From Gemmatimonadales bacterium (lineage in GTDB: Bacteria > Gemmatimonadota > Gemmatimonadetes > Gemmatimonadales > Gemmatimonadaceae): DNA of 64,000 bases. How positions within the stretch are numbered: position 1 is the stretch's first letter; each line of letters starts with the position of its first letter. A program made the translations under genes and the position numbers. The stretch spans positions 2,679-66,678 of the forward strand of contig JBBQDB010000001.1 of the NCBI GenBank assembly GCA_038319245.1. The letters are read 5' to 3'. The notes beneath the pieces were generated by a model. It made no database searches. It was not told the DNA's origin and saw only the letters and a program-made list of their open reading frames with translations. Below are positions 52,562 through 61,359 of the stretch, one piece after another.

Positions 52562-52783
52562 CGCGGCGGCGCTAACGCGTATTCGTGCAGAACGCAACTC
52601 GCAAACACTCCACGTTCACCGCTGCCGCGCTGCGGCATTCGGGTTAGCATTATTGCGAGTACACAACTGGGGTGATAGTTCTCGCCCTGTATGACCCGCT
52701 GGCCATGTCTCTGCGTTCGCTGACACTCGCGCCGTGTCAGGCTGACTGCAGGCTGAATCCCGCCTCAACGAGCTGTTGTCCTC

Positions 52784-53647
52784 ATGGCTGTCTCTCCGTC
52801 GAAGAAAAAGGCGTCGTCGTACGAAGAAGGTTCGCTCGACCACTATCTGCGCGACATCAGTGCGTACCCGCTGATTTCGCGTGAAGAAGAGGCAGAGCTC
52901 GCGCGCCGGATTCGCGTCGGCGATCAGGAAGCCCTCGACAAATTGGTGCGCTCCAATCTCCGATTTGTGGTCTCGGTCGCGAAGAAGTACCAGAATCAGG
53001 GTGTGTCGCTGTCGGATCTGATCAACGAGGGCAACCTCGGTCTGATTCGGGCCGCCCATAAGTTCGACGAGACGAAGGGGATCAAATTCATCTCCTATGC
53101 GGTCTGGTGGATTCGGCAGGCCATTTTGCAGGCACTCGCCGAACAGTCCCGCATCGTGCGTGTGCCGCTGAATCGCGCAGGCACGCTCCATCGCATCGGC
53201 AAGCGCGCCAACGTGCTGCTTCAGGAACTCGGCCGCGAAGCGACGCACGCCGAGATCGCGCAGGGGATGGACATCACTGAAGAAGAAGTCGCGAAGACGA
53301 TGTCGATCTCTCAAGTGCATCTCTCGCTCGACGCGCCGCTCACCCCCGGCGAAGACAATCGGCTGCTCGACTACCTCGCCGATACGGTCAATCCGACACC
53401 CGAAGATCAAACCTTCGAAAAAGCGCTCATCGAAGCGATCGAGGATTCGCTCGGGGGGCTCAAGGATCGGGAGTCTCGCATTCTGCGCCTCTACTTCGGG
53501 ATCGATGGCGCAGAGCCCATGACGCTCGAGGAGATCGGCACGCTGCTCGGCATCACACGCGAGCGCGTCCGACAGATCAAGGAAAAGGCGCTCTCGCGCC
53601 TGCGTCACGTCTCGCGCGCCAAATCGCTCGAAAGCTTCCTCGGCTGA
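52784..53647 (+). CDS. RNA polymerase sigma-70 factor, RpoD/SigA family, short form without region 1.1
   Basis: YLRDI, SNLRFVVSVAKKY, DLINEGNLGL, KFISYAVWWIRQAI, TLEEIG...TRERVRQIKEKAL. Confidence 0.93.
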   Translation: MAVSPSKKKASSYEEGSLDHYLRDISAYPLISREEEAELARRIRVGDQEALDKLVRSNLRFVVSVAKKYQNQGVSLSDLINEGNLGLIRAAHKFDETKGIKFISYAVWWIRQAILQALAEQSRIVRVPLNRAGTLHRIGKRANVLLQELGREATHAEIAQGMDITEEEVAKTMSISQVHLSLDAPLTPGEDNRLLDYLADTVNPTPEDQTFEKALIEAIEDSLGGLKDRESRILRLYFGIDGAEPMTLEEIGTLLGITRERVRQIKEKALSRLRHVSRAKSLESFLG

Positions 53648-53649
53648 CC

Positions 53650-53674
53650 GTCGGCGTACGCCGACCGACCTTTT
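53650..53674 (+). terminator. Possible weak terminator after the sigma factor gene
   Basis: 16-bp palindrome GTCGGCGTACGCCGAC, then TTTT offset by 5 nt. Confidence 0.3.
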
Positions 53675-53683
53675 CGCCCCATC

Positions 53684-54184
53684 ATGGCTTCGACGTATTC
53701 TTTTGACGTAACCACCGGTTGTGACATGCAGGAAGTCGACAACGCGGTCAATCAGGCTTCGAAGGAAGTCGCGCAACGCTTCGACTTCAAAGGCTCGCAC
53801 GTGCTCATCGAGTTGAAGCGCGCCGACAATCTCATTCAACTCGAAGCGGAAGGTGAGATGCGTTTCGACGCACTCATCGACGTACTGCGCAGTCGTCTCA
53901 TCAAGCGCGGCGTGCCGGTCAAGAATCTCGACATCGGCGAACCGAAGCCGGGCAGCCATGAATTACTGCGTGGCGAGATGAAACTGAAAATGGCACTCGA
54001 CAGCGACACCGCGAAGAAGGTCAGCGCCGCGATCAAAGAGGCGAAGCTCAAGAAGATCACCGCCAGCATCCAGGGCGAGCAGGTGCGCGTCACCAGTCCA
54101 GACAAGGATGCGCTGCAAGAGTGCATGACGATGCTGCGCAAAGGCGACTTCGGCGTCGAACTGCAGTTCGGCAATTTCCGATAA
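53684..54184 (+). CDS. yajQ: YajQ family nucleotide/c-di-GMP-binding protein
   Basis: SFDV, EVDNAVNQA.KE..QRFDFKG, IQGEQVRVT...KD.LQ, LQFGNFR. Confidence 0.93.
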   Translation: MASTYSFDVTTGCDMQEVDNAVNQASKEVAQRFDFKGSHVLIELKRADNLIQLEAEGEMRFDALIDVLRSRLIKRGVPVKNLDIGEPKPGSHELLRGEMKLKMALDSDTAKKVSAAIKEAKLKKITASIQGEQVRVTSPDKDALQECMTMLRKGDFGVELQFGNFR

Positions 54185-54213
54185 GACTGCACTAAGCTGG
54201 CACGGCAGTCTTA
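54182..54213. terminator. Hairpin after yajQ
   Basis: 9-bp perfect inverted repeat TAAGACTGC / GCAGTCTTA with a 14-nt loop; no clear U-tract. Confidence 0.35.
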
Positions 54214-54244
54214 ACGTGCGGTGGTTACGGAGGTCTATTCGGCC

Positions 54245-54751
54245 ATGACCATCATCGACACGGCGACGACCCCCGACGCGCATGCAGACCACTTTCGCGT
54301 CGAAGAGCGTCTCGACCTCGGCCAACGCTGTCTGCGCATCCTCGTGGACCGACCAGCGGGCGCGTTGCTCTCCTCGTTCGCGGGTAGCCTACGCGTCATC
54401 GCGCCGTCGTATCTCACAGTGCAGCTCGACGCCGACGTGCACCTCGAACTCGTGCCAGCGTTCCTCGAGTGTGTCAATCACTCGTGCGCGCCAAACGTCG
54501 CCTTCGACATGGCACGCATGGCCCTCGTGGCGCTCCAACCGCTCGCGGCTGGCGAGGAGCTGACGTATTTCTATCCCAGCACCGAATGGACGATGACGCA
54601 GCCATTCACGTGTGCCTGCGGATCGTCAACATGCCTGCACCTGATCGATGGTGCGTCCACGATTTCGACTGAGATTCTCGCACGCTACGTGTTGTCGCCG
54701 TTTGTCGCGCAGGCCGTCAACGCGCGCGACCTCATGAAGCGACACGACTAG
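54245..54751 (+). CDS. SET-domain protein-lysine methyltransferase-like protein with post-SET cysteines
   Basis: VNHSCAPN, GEELTYFY, FTCACGSSTC. Confidence 0.85.
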   Translation: MTIIDTATTPDAHADHFRVEERLDLGQRCLRILVDRPAGALLSSFAGSLRVIAPSYLTVQLDADVHLELVPAFLECVNHSCAPNVAFDMARMALVALQPLAAGEELTYFYPSTEWTMTQPFTCACGSSTCLHLIDGASTISTEILARYVLSPFVAQAVNARDLMKRHD

Positions 54752-54841
54752 GCCATGGCTCGGCCGCGATAGCGTCGCGACGCAACCACGTCGCCCTGCG
54801 CCGAGGTTCACCAGCCCGAGGGACGGCACTAGCTTTCGTGT

Positions 54842-56239
54842 ATGCTGAAAATCGGGCTCGTCACCCTCGGGTGCGACAAAAATACGGTGGACTCCGAACG
54901 CTATCTCGCGGACTTGCTCGCGCACGGCGCCGAGTCGGTCACTGACCTCGCGCTGGCCGACGTGGTAGTGGTCAATACCTGCGGATTCATCGATGCGGCG
55001 AAGGCTGAATCGATCGAAGCGATCGTCGAAGCCACGCGGTTGAAAGAAGACGGCGTGTGCAAGGCCGTCTTCGCCATCGGTTGCATGATCGAGCGACACA
55101 AGGGCGAACTCGAGGAGGCGTTGCCGGAGGTCGATTGTTTCCTGGGCACCTCCGAGACCGACCGCCTCGTGCCAGAACTGATCGAGCGTGGGCTGATCAG
55201 CAGCGAAATTCTCGAGCATCCCGGCGTGCGCGTCTTTGGTGGCGAGACCTCGCATGTGCGCTATCTCAAGGTCAGCGAAGGGTGCGATCACGGTTGCGCC
55301 TTTTGCGCGATTCCGCTCATGCGCGGGAAGCATCGCTCCTTTGCGCTCGACGATCTGATTCGCGAAGCGCAGCTGCTCGAGTTGCAGGGTGCGCGCGAGT
55401 TGAATCTCGTCGCGCAGGACTTAGCGCACTACGGCCGCGACATTCGTGATGGATTGGCGTTGCCTGAGCTATTGGAAGCGTTGCTGCGCGAAACGTCCAT
55501 TCCGTGGCTCCGCAACTTGTATCTCTACAGTGCCGGCATCACGCCGCGCTTGTTGGAAGTCATCGCCGCCAATCCGCGCATCGTCCGCTATCTCGATACG
55601 CCGATGCAGCACGGGTCCGACGCGGTACTCACGCGCATGCGTCGTCCGGAGCGACAACGCACCATTCGCGAACGCCTCGCGTCGTATCGCGCGATTGTGC
55701 CGGATCTCGCGGTGCGTACGACGGTGATCGTCGGCTTTCCTGGCGAAACGGAAGTCGACTTCAACATCCTCTGCGACTTTCTCGAAGAGATGCAGTTCGA
55801 TCGCGTCGGATGTTTCACCTATTCGCCGCAGGAAGGCACGCGCGCGAACGAGATGGAAGATGACGTCCCTGACTCGATCAAGAGCGAGCGCAAGGAACGG
55901 ATTGAAGAGCTACAACGCGCAATCACATCCGAACGTTATGAGCGCTTTCTCGGTCGTGAGGCGCGCGTGCTGGTGGATCGCGTGCATGACGAGTCGGGGA
56001 TTGTTGTATGCCGTGGTGCGTGGCAGGCCGACGATATCGATGGTGTGATGTACGTGCGCGCCGACGCGCCGCCCGGCGCGATGCTCGATGTGCGCGTAGA
56101 GCAGATCGTGGATGACTATGACTTCCGTGCGACGCTGTTGGCCGTCGCCGACCTTCCGCCCGCTGTCGCGCGTCGTGCGTCGCGCAGCCTGCCGATGATG
56201 AGCGTGGGCCCTTCCTCTGTTGGGAGCTTTGGACGATGA
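54842..56239 (+). CDS. rimO: Ribosomal protein S12 methylthiotransferase RimO
   Basis: LGCDKNTVDSE, NTCGFIDAAKAESI, YLKVSEGCDHGCAFCAIP radical-SAM motif, IVGFPGET, TRAM domain. Confidence 0.95.
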   Translation: MLKIGLVTLGCDKNTVDSERYLADLLAHGAESVTDLALADVVVVNTCGFIDAAKAESIEAIVEATRLKEDGVCKAVFAIGCMIERHKGELEEALPEVDCFLGTSETDRLVPELIERGLISSEILEHPGVRVFGGETSHVRYLKVSEGCDHGCAFCAIPLMRGKHRSFALDDLIREAQLLELQGARELNLVAQDLAHYGRDIRDGLALPELLEALLRETSIPWLRNLYLYSAGITPRLLEVIAANPRIVRYLDTPMQHGSDAVLTRMRRPERQRTIRERLASYRAIVPDLAVRTTVIVGFPGETEVDFNILCDFLEEMQFDRVGCFTYSPQEGTRANEMEDDVPDSIKSERKERIEELQRAITSERYERFLGREARVLVDRVHDESGIVVCRGAWQADDIDGVMYVRADAPPGAMLDVRVEQIVDDYDFRATLLAVADLPPAVARRASRSLPMMSVGPSSVGSFGR

Positions 56240-57612
56240 GCGTGAATGCAGCTGTTGGTGAGGTTGGATCGACTGTCGCATCCACCGTGCAGGATGTCGG
56301 CAGCGAAGCGATGGTCTCACATCGCTCGGGTACCAAGTCGGCGGAGATCATGGCACGTGGCCGCACGCGCTTTCCCGGTGGTGTGAATTCGCCGGTTCGC
56401 GCGTTTGGCGGCGTGGGTGGCGAGCCGTTTGTTGCCGCGCGTGGTGAAGGCGCCCGTGTGTGGGATGCGGACGGCAATGAGTATCTGGACTACATCCTGT
56501 CGTGGGGCCCGCTGGTGTTGGGGCACGCGCCGCCAGTCGTGCTGGACGCGCTGGCCGAGACCATGCGCAATGGCACGAGCTTCGGGATGCCGACCGGGTT
56601 GGAGGTGCAGCTCGCCGAGAAGATTGCTGAGCGTATGCCACATCTGGAGATGATGCGCTTCACGAGCAGTGGCACCGAAGCGGCGATGACAGTAGCGCGC
56701 TTGGCGCGTGCCGTCACAGGACGTGAATACATCCTCAAGTTCGAAGGGTGCTATCATGGCCACGCCGATGCGTTTCTCGTGCGCGCCGGTTCTGGCGTCG
56801 CGACGCTTGGACTGCCCGATTCACCGGGCGTACCAGAGGCGTTGGCCAGGCTGACGCTCACCTGCACGTACAACGATCTCGAGGCCGTCGAACGCATCGC
56901 CCGCGAAGTGCCGTTGGCCGCCATCCTGCTGGAGCCGGTTGTCGGAAACGGCGGGTTTATCGAGCCGCTCCCCGACTTCATTCCCGGTTTGCGCCGCATT
57001 GCTGACGAAACGGGCGCCTTGCTCGTCTTTGATGAAGTCATGACCGGTTTCCGCATCGCCTACGGTGGAGCGCGCGAGCGCTTCGATGTCACGCCAGATC
57101 TTACCGCGTTGGGTAAGGTGATTGGCGGCGGCTTGCCTGTGGCCGCCTACGGTGGGCGCAAGGAGCTGATGTCACGCATCGCGCCGACGGGCCCGGTCTA
57201 TCAAGCGGGCACGCTGTCTGGCAATCCGCTCGCAATGGCCGCTGGTTTGGCCACGCTCGGCATGCTCACGCGTGATCTGCACGACAAGATCACCGCCAAG
57301 ACCGCCATGCTGGTCCAAGGGCTGCGCGACGTTGCCAAGCGACATGACGTGCCGTTCACGGCTAGTCACGCTGGATCGATGTGGGGCTTCTTCTTCCATC
57401 CGGGCCCGGTGCGCACGTTCGACGAGGCCAAGCAGTCGGACACGGCGCTCTTCAAGCGATTCTTTCATGCCGCGCGTCGTCGCGGTGTGTCACTCGCGCC
57501 ATCGCCCTTTGAAGCCGCCTTCATGTCGGCGGCGCATGGGACGGCCGAAATCGATGCGACGCTTGATCGTCTCGACCGCGCGCTTGGCGCGGCCGTGGCC
57601 GGGCGCGACTAG
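56236..57612 (+). CDS. hemL: Glutamate-1-semialdehyde 2,1-aminomutase
   Basis: PGGVNSPVRAF, SWGP, SSGTEA, KFEGCYHGHAD, FDEVMTGFR, GKVIGGGLP, YQAGTLSGNP. Confidence 0.96.
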   Translation: MSVNAAVGEVGSTVASTVQDVGSEAMVSHRSGTKSAEIMARGRTRFPGGVNSPVRAFGGVGGEPFVAARGEGARVWDADGNEYLDYILSWGPLVLGHAPPVVLDALAETMRNGTSFGMPTGLEVQLAEKIAERMPHLEMMRFTSSGTEAAMTVARLARAVTGREYILKFEGCYHGHADAFLVRAGSGVATLGLPDSPGVPEALARLTLTCTYNDLEAVERIAREVPLAAILLEPVVGNGGFIEPLPDFIPGLRRIADETGALLVFDEVMTGFRIAYGGARERFDVTPDLTALGKVIGGGLPVAAYGGRKELMSRIAPTGPVYQAGTLSGNPLAMAAGLATLGMLTRDLHDKITAKTAMLVQGLRDVAKRHDVPFTASHAGSMWGFFFHPGPVRTFDEAKQSDTALFKRFFHAARRRGVSLAPSPFEAAFMSAAHGTAEIDATLDRLDRALGAAVAGRD

Positions 57613-57617
57613 CAAGC

Positions 57618-58976
57618 ATGGGGCAATCGCCACGGCTTCGTCCGGAATCCATCGCCATCGGTGCGATGGGGACGCTCGTTGTGGCGGCAGCCTTTGCGGT
57701 TGCTTGTGCTCCCACTGGTCGCATCGGCGGTGCCTCGCCGCAGCCAAGTGCCGAGCCGTCAGCGGCGCTAACGCAGGGCGAGTCGCACGGTCGATTGGCC
57801 GGCCAGGATCGCGTCGCGCGGGTCGCCATCGCTGGCGGCATGTCTATCGCGCCGATGTCGTCCACGACCCGCTGGCATGTCGATGAGCAGGGTGGACGGC
57901 AGCTGCTCGTAAAGGGTACGGGGAGCGAACCGTGGCGAGTGGAACGCCAATCGGGGCTGCTGCGCATTGCCGGTGATGGTGGCGACGCGACGCCGTGGCG
58001 GCAGGGGCCGTTCGTGGCTCGCGCGGATGCGCGCGACGGGTTCGTGCAGTACAACGGCCATCGGTATCGCGGGGAGCTGTGGTTTACCGCGACCGATACC
58101 GGCATTCTGGTCGTCAACAAACTCCCCGTTGAAGACTATCTGCGCGGCGTCGTGCCCACCGAACTTGGCACCCGCAACGAGATCGATCGTGCTGCCATGG
58201 AAGCGCAAGCGATTGCGGCGCGCAGCTACGCGTATATGCGCGTGCCGAGTGTGGAGTCGGTCGCGCGGACGACGGCGTGGGACCTGCTCGCGACGGTGCA
58301 GAATCAGGTGTATCTGGGCGCCGACAGCGAGCATCCGGTCGTCAATCAGGCCATCGACGCCACGAGCGGATTGGTGCTGCGCTATGGCGGTCTGTTGGTC
58401 GATGCACCGTACTCGTCGTCGTGCGGCGGGCGGACCGCCTCGCCCAAGGACGTCTGGAAGGACGCGCGCGACGAGCCATATCTGCAGCCGGTCGAGGACA
58501 TCAATCCGGCCACCGGTCGCCCGTTTTGCGATCTCTCGCCGCGCAATCACTGGACCGCCGAGCTCGACGAAGCACAGCTGACCGACGCGGTACGTCGGGC
58601 GCTCGTCTCTGCGGGAGCGAGAACGCCCATGCCGACCACGGTGCGCGGCGTTGAAGTGTCGCAGCGCACATACTCGGGGCGCGTTGGTGAGCTGCTATTG
58701 CACACCGAACGAGGCGATGTTGGCGTGCGGGCCAACGATGTGCGCGCGGTGTTGCGTGATGTGCGTGGCGCGATTCTGTCCAGCACGTATTTTTCCATTG
58801 ACCACGAAGTGCGCACACGCGGACATCTTACCGGCGTGACGCTGCACGGCGCGGGTAACGGACACGGAGTCGGCATGTGCCAATGGGGCGCGATCGGACG
58901 GTCGCGAGCAGGACAGGATGCGCGCACGATCCTGGCCCACTACTACCCGGGGACCGTCGTCGGCTTCGTGGACTAA
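57618..58976 (+). CDS. SpoIID/LytB lytic transglycosylase-domain lipoprotein
   Basis: Lipobox AVA-C; EDYLRGVVPTE (catalytic Glu), AQAIAARSYA, QVY.G, GHGVGMCQWGA, ILAHYYPG. Confidence 0.9.
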   Translation: MGQSPRLRPESIAIGAMGTLVVAAAFAVACAPTGRIGGASPQPSAEPSAALTQGESHGRLAGQDRVARVAIAGGMSIAPMSSTTRWHVDEQGGRQLLVKGTGSEPWRVERQSGLLRIAGDGGDATPWRQGPFVARADARDGFVQYNGHRYRGELWFTATDTGILVVNKLPVEDYLRGVVPTELGTRNEIDRAAMEAQAIAARSYAYMRVPSVESVARTTAWDLLATVQNQVYLGADSEHPVVNQAIDATSGLVLRYGGLLVDAPYSSSCGGRTASPKDVWKDARDEPYLQPVEDINPATGRPFCDLSPRNHWTAELDEAQLTDAVRRALVSAGARTPMPTTVRGVEVSQRTYSGRVGELLLHTERGDVGVRANDVRAVLRDVRGAILSSTYFSIDHEVRTRGHLTGVTLHGAGNGHGVGMCQWGAIGRSRAGQDARTILAHYYPGTVVGFVD

Positions 58977-58999
58977 GCGTTCACACTCCGGAGGCGGGA

Positions 59000-60004
59000 A
59001 TGAAGGACGGCGTACGCATCGCCGTAGTCGGGACAGGCGCCATCGCTCAGCTGACGCACATCCCCGTGCTGTCCAAACTGCGCGGCGCCAAGCTGGTCGC
59101 GCTTTGCGACAACGACGCGGCGAAGGCCCGCGCCTTGGCGGATCGCTTCGACGTCCCGGACGTATTCACCGACTTCGAAGAGCTCCTCGACTCGGATGAA
59201 CTCGACGCCGTCGTCATCGCGACCCCCAATCACCTGCACGAGCCGCACGTGCTCAGCGCGCTGCGCAAGAAGTTGCATGTGCTCTGCGAACGGCCGCTCT
59301 CGCTGTCGGTGCGCGGCGTGGAACGGTGCATCGCCGCGGCGCAGAAAGCGGAGGTTAGGCTGGTAGTGGGCCATAACCATCGCTTCCGCGCTGATGTGCA
59401 GGCGCTCGATCAGTTCATCCGCAACGGTGAACTGGGGCAGGTGACGTCGATTCGCACCGGCGCCTTTCACATGAAGCATGGGGCCGATGGTTGGCGCAAT
59501 CGCCGCGCTGAGGCCGGCGGTGGTGCGTTTCAGGAGCATGGCTATCCGCTGCTCGATCTCGCGTTGTGGCTGGCCGAGGCACCGGCACCGGTGCGCGTGT
59601 CGGCGACCATGCGGCGTGGGCGGGCTGCGTCGGCCGTCGAAGATTCTATGCAGGTGCTGCTCGAGTGCGAGAACGGCGTGGTGATCAGCTTCGATGTGTC
59701 GTGGTCGTACGTGGGCGGCGAAGATCGCTGGTGGTTCGAGGTGCATGCGACGCGCGGGTCGGCACGACTCTCGCCACTGCGCGTGACGAAGGAGCTCAAC
59801 GGGCGTGCCGTCGATGTGTCGCCGTCGGGTGCCGCAGCTCGTGAAAGCCCGTTTCTGCAGAGCTACCGCGCCGAGATCGCGCACTTTCTCGCCGTCATTC
59901 AGGACGAGGCACCGTACGAGCCACCTGCCGATCAGGTAATGGTGCACCGGATTCTCGATGCGATTTATCGTGCCGCCGACGACGGCAAAGAGATCCGCTT
60001 CTGA
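59000..60004 (+). CDS. Gfo/Idh/MocA family oxidoreductase
   Basis: VVGTGAIA, IATPNHLH, HVLCERP, GGGAF; GGAGG Shine-Dalgarno. Confidence 0.9.
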   Translation: MKDGVRIAVVGTGAIAQLTHIPVLSKLRGAKLVALCDNDAAKARALADRFDVPDVFTDFEELLDSDELDAVVIATPNHLHEPHVLSALRKKLHVLCERPLSLSVRGVERCIAAAQKAEVRLVVGHNHRFRADVQALDQFIRNGELGQVTSIRTGAFHMKHGADGWRNRRAEAGGGAFQEHGYPLLDLALWLAEAPAPVRVSATMRRGRAASAVEDSMQVLLECENGVVISFDVSWSYVGGEDRWWFEVHATRGSARLSPLRVTKELNGRAVDVSPSGAAARESPFLQSYRAEIAHFLAVIQDEAPYEPPADQVMVHRILDAIYRAADDGKEIRF

Positions 60005-61359
60005 TGCTCCGTTCTCGTTGGCGTGCATTCGCCGCGACCATCGTCTCGGCGGTGTTGGTCGCGGTCGGTGCCGTCGCCGGTCGTGCGGACGCAGCACACG
60101 CGCAGTCGCCCGCGCCGCCGCCGCCCGGCCAATCGGCTGCGCTCGACAGCGCGCGCGCGATTCGCGGCGCCAAGCTGTCCGTTTCGCTGCTGACGTACGG
60201 CCCCGGCGAAGAGGTCTTCGAGAAGTTCGGACATATGGCGATTGCCATCGTCGATAGCACGACCGGGCAGGACATCGCCTTCAACTGGGGCATGTTCGAT
60301 TTCAGTCAGCCGAATTTTCTCACCCGGTTTCTCACTGGCGACACGAAGTATTGGATGGCCGGCTTCAGCACGGAGGCCTTTAACGCGCTCTATCGTCGCG
60401 ACAATCGCAGCATCCGACGCCAGCAGCTTGCACTCTCTCCGACGGAGCGCGCGGCACTCTTCGAGTTCATCGCCTGGCAGGCGCGCGAGGAGAATAAGTT
60501 TTATCGCTACGATTATTATCGCGACAACTGCGCCACGCGCGTTCGTGACGCGATCGATCGTGTGCTGCGTGGTCAACTGCAGCCCGCACTCCAAGTGCCT
60601 GGCAGCGGTCGCACGTGGCGCGGCGAAACCGCACGCATTACCGCATCCGATCTGCCAACGTACGCGGGCATCGAGATCGCGCTCGGCCGACACGCGGACG
60701 ACACGTTGAGTAAGTGGGATGAGTCTTTCTTGCCGGAGCATCTCGCCAATCACCTCAATCGTTTTGTGGCGACGGCGGCAGACGGCCACAAGTACAAGCT
60801 GGTGAGCAGTGATACCGTACTCGCGAGCTCGGAGCGTGTGCCCATCCCGACCGAGCCACCGGACCGACTCGCGATGGCTGGGCTGATCGGCCTCACGCTG
60901 GCAGGACTCATCGCGGCGTTGGCGGACAGTCGGCATCGTGTCGCACGCGTCGTGTTGAGCGTCGGAGTCGCGCTGTGGTACTTCGTCGGTGGGGTACTTG
61001 GTACGGCGTTACTCCTCGCGGCGACCGTGACCAAACACGCGCCGTATATGGGGAGCAACATGACGCTCTTGCAGCTGCACCCGCTCTTGCTGATCGCGGC
61101 ATTCCCGGTCGCGCGCGCACTCGTACGTAGGACGCGCGGGCGGGTCGCGCTCGGACTCAGTACGATGCTCGCGTTCCTCTCGGTGTGTGGTGTGCTGTTA
61201 CAACTCGTGCCGTCGTTGTCGCAGAGCAGCGGTGTCGTCTTGGCGGTCACGCTGCCGGTCCATGTGGCGTTGGCGATTGCGATGTGGCGTCTGGCACCCG
61301 ATGATGCGTCACGCCGCCGCGGCGTCGCGTCGTCACGCGTCTCCGCACGCCCGGCGTGA
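60004..61359 (+). CDS. DUF4105 / Lnb-like (lipoprotein N-acyltransferase) membrane protein
   Basis: LLTYGPG.E...FGH.AI, FNWG.FDF, YRYDYYRDNCATRVRD, FLP, four C-terminal TM segments. Confidence 0.8.
   Translation: MLRSRWRAFAATIVSAVLVAVGAVAGRADAAHAQSPAPPPPGQSAALDSARAIRGAKLSVSLLTYGPGEEVFEKFGHMAIAIVDSTTGQDIAFNWGMFDFSQPNFLTRFLTGDTKYWMAGFSTEAFNALYRRDNRSIRRQQLALSPTERAALFEFIAWQAREENKFYRYDYYRDNCATRVRDAIDRVLRGQLQPALQVPGSGRTWRGETARITASDLPTYAGIEIALGRHADDTLSKWDESFLPEHLANHLNRFVATAADGHKYKLVSSDTVLASSERVPIPTEPPDRLAMAGLIGLTLAGLIAALADSRHRVARVVLSVGVALWYFVGGVLGTALLLAATVTKHAPYMGSNMTLLQLHPLLLIAAFPVARALVRRTRGRVALGLSTMLAFLSVCGVLLQLVPSLSQSSGVVLAVTLPVHVALAIAMWRLAPDDASRRRGVASSRVSARPA

Noticed and set aside
52700-52715. 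Possible sigma-54 site TGGCCA-TGTCT-CTGCG before the sigma-70 gene
   Set aside because: It has GG-N10-GC spacing but several mismatches to consensus, which is likely by chance at this GC content.
52562-52783. Possible 6S RNA or riboswitch upstream of the sigma factor
   Set aside because: Only short hairpins (e.g. CTGACAC/GTGTCAG) are visible; no long rod structure or known aptamer motifs could be recognised.
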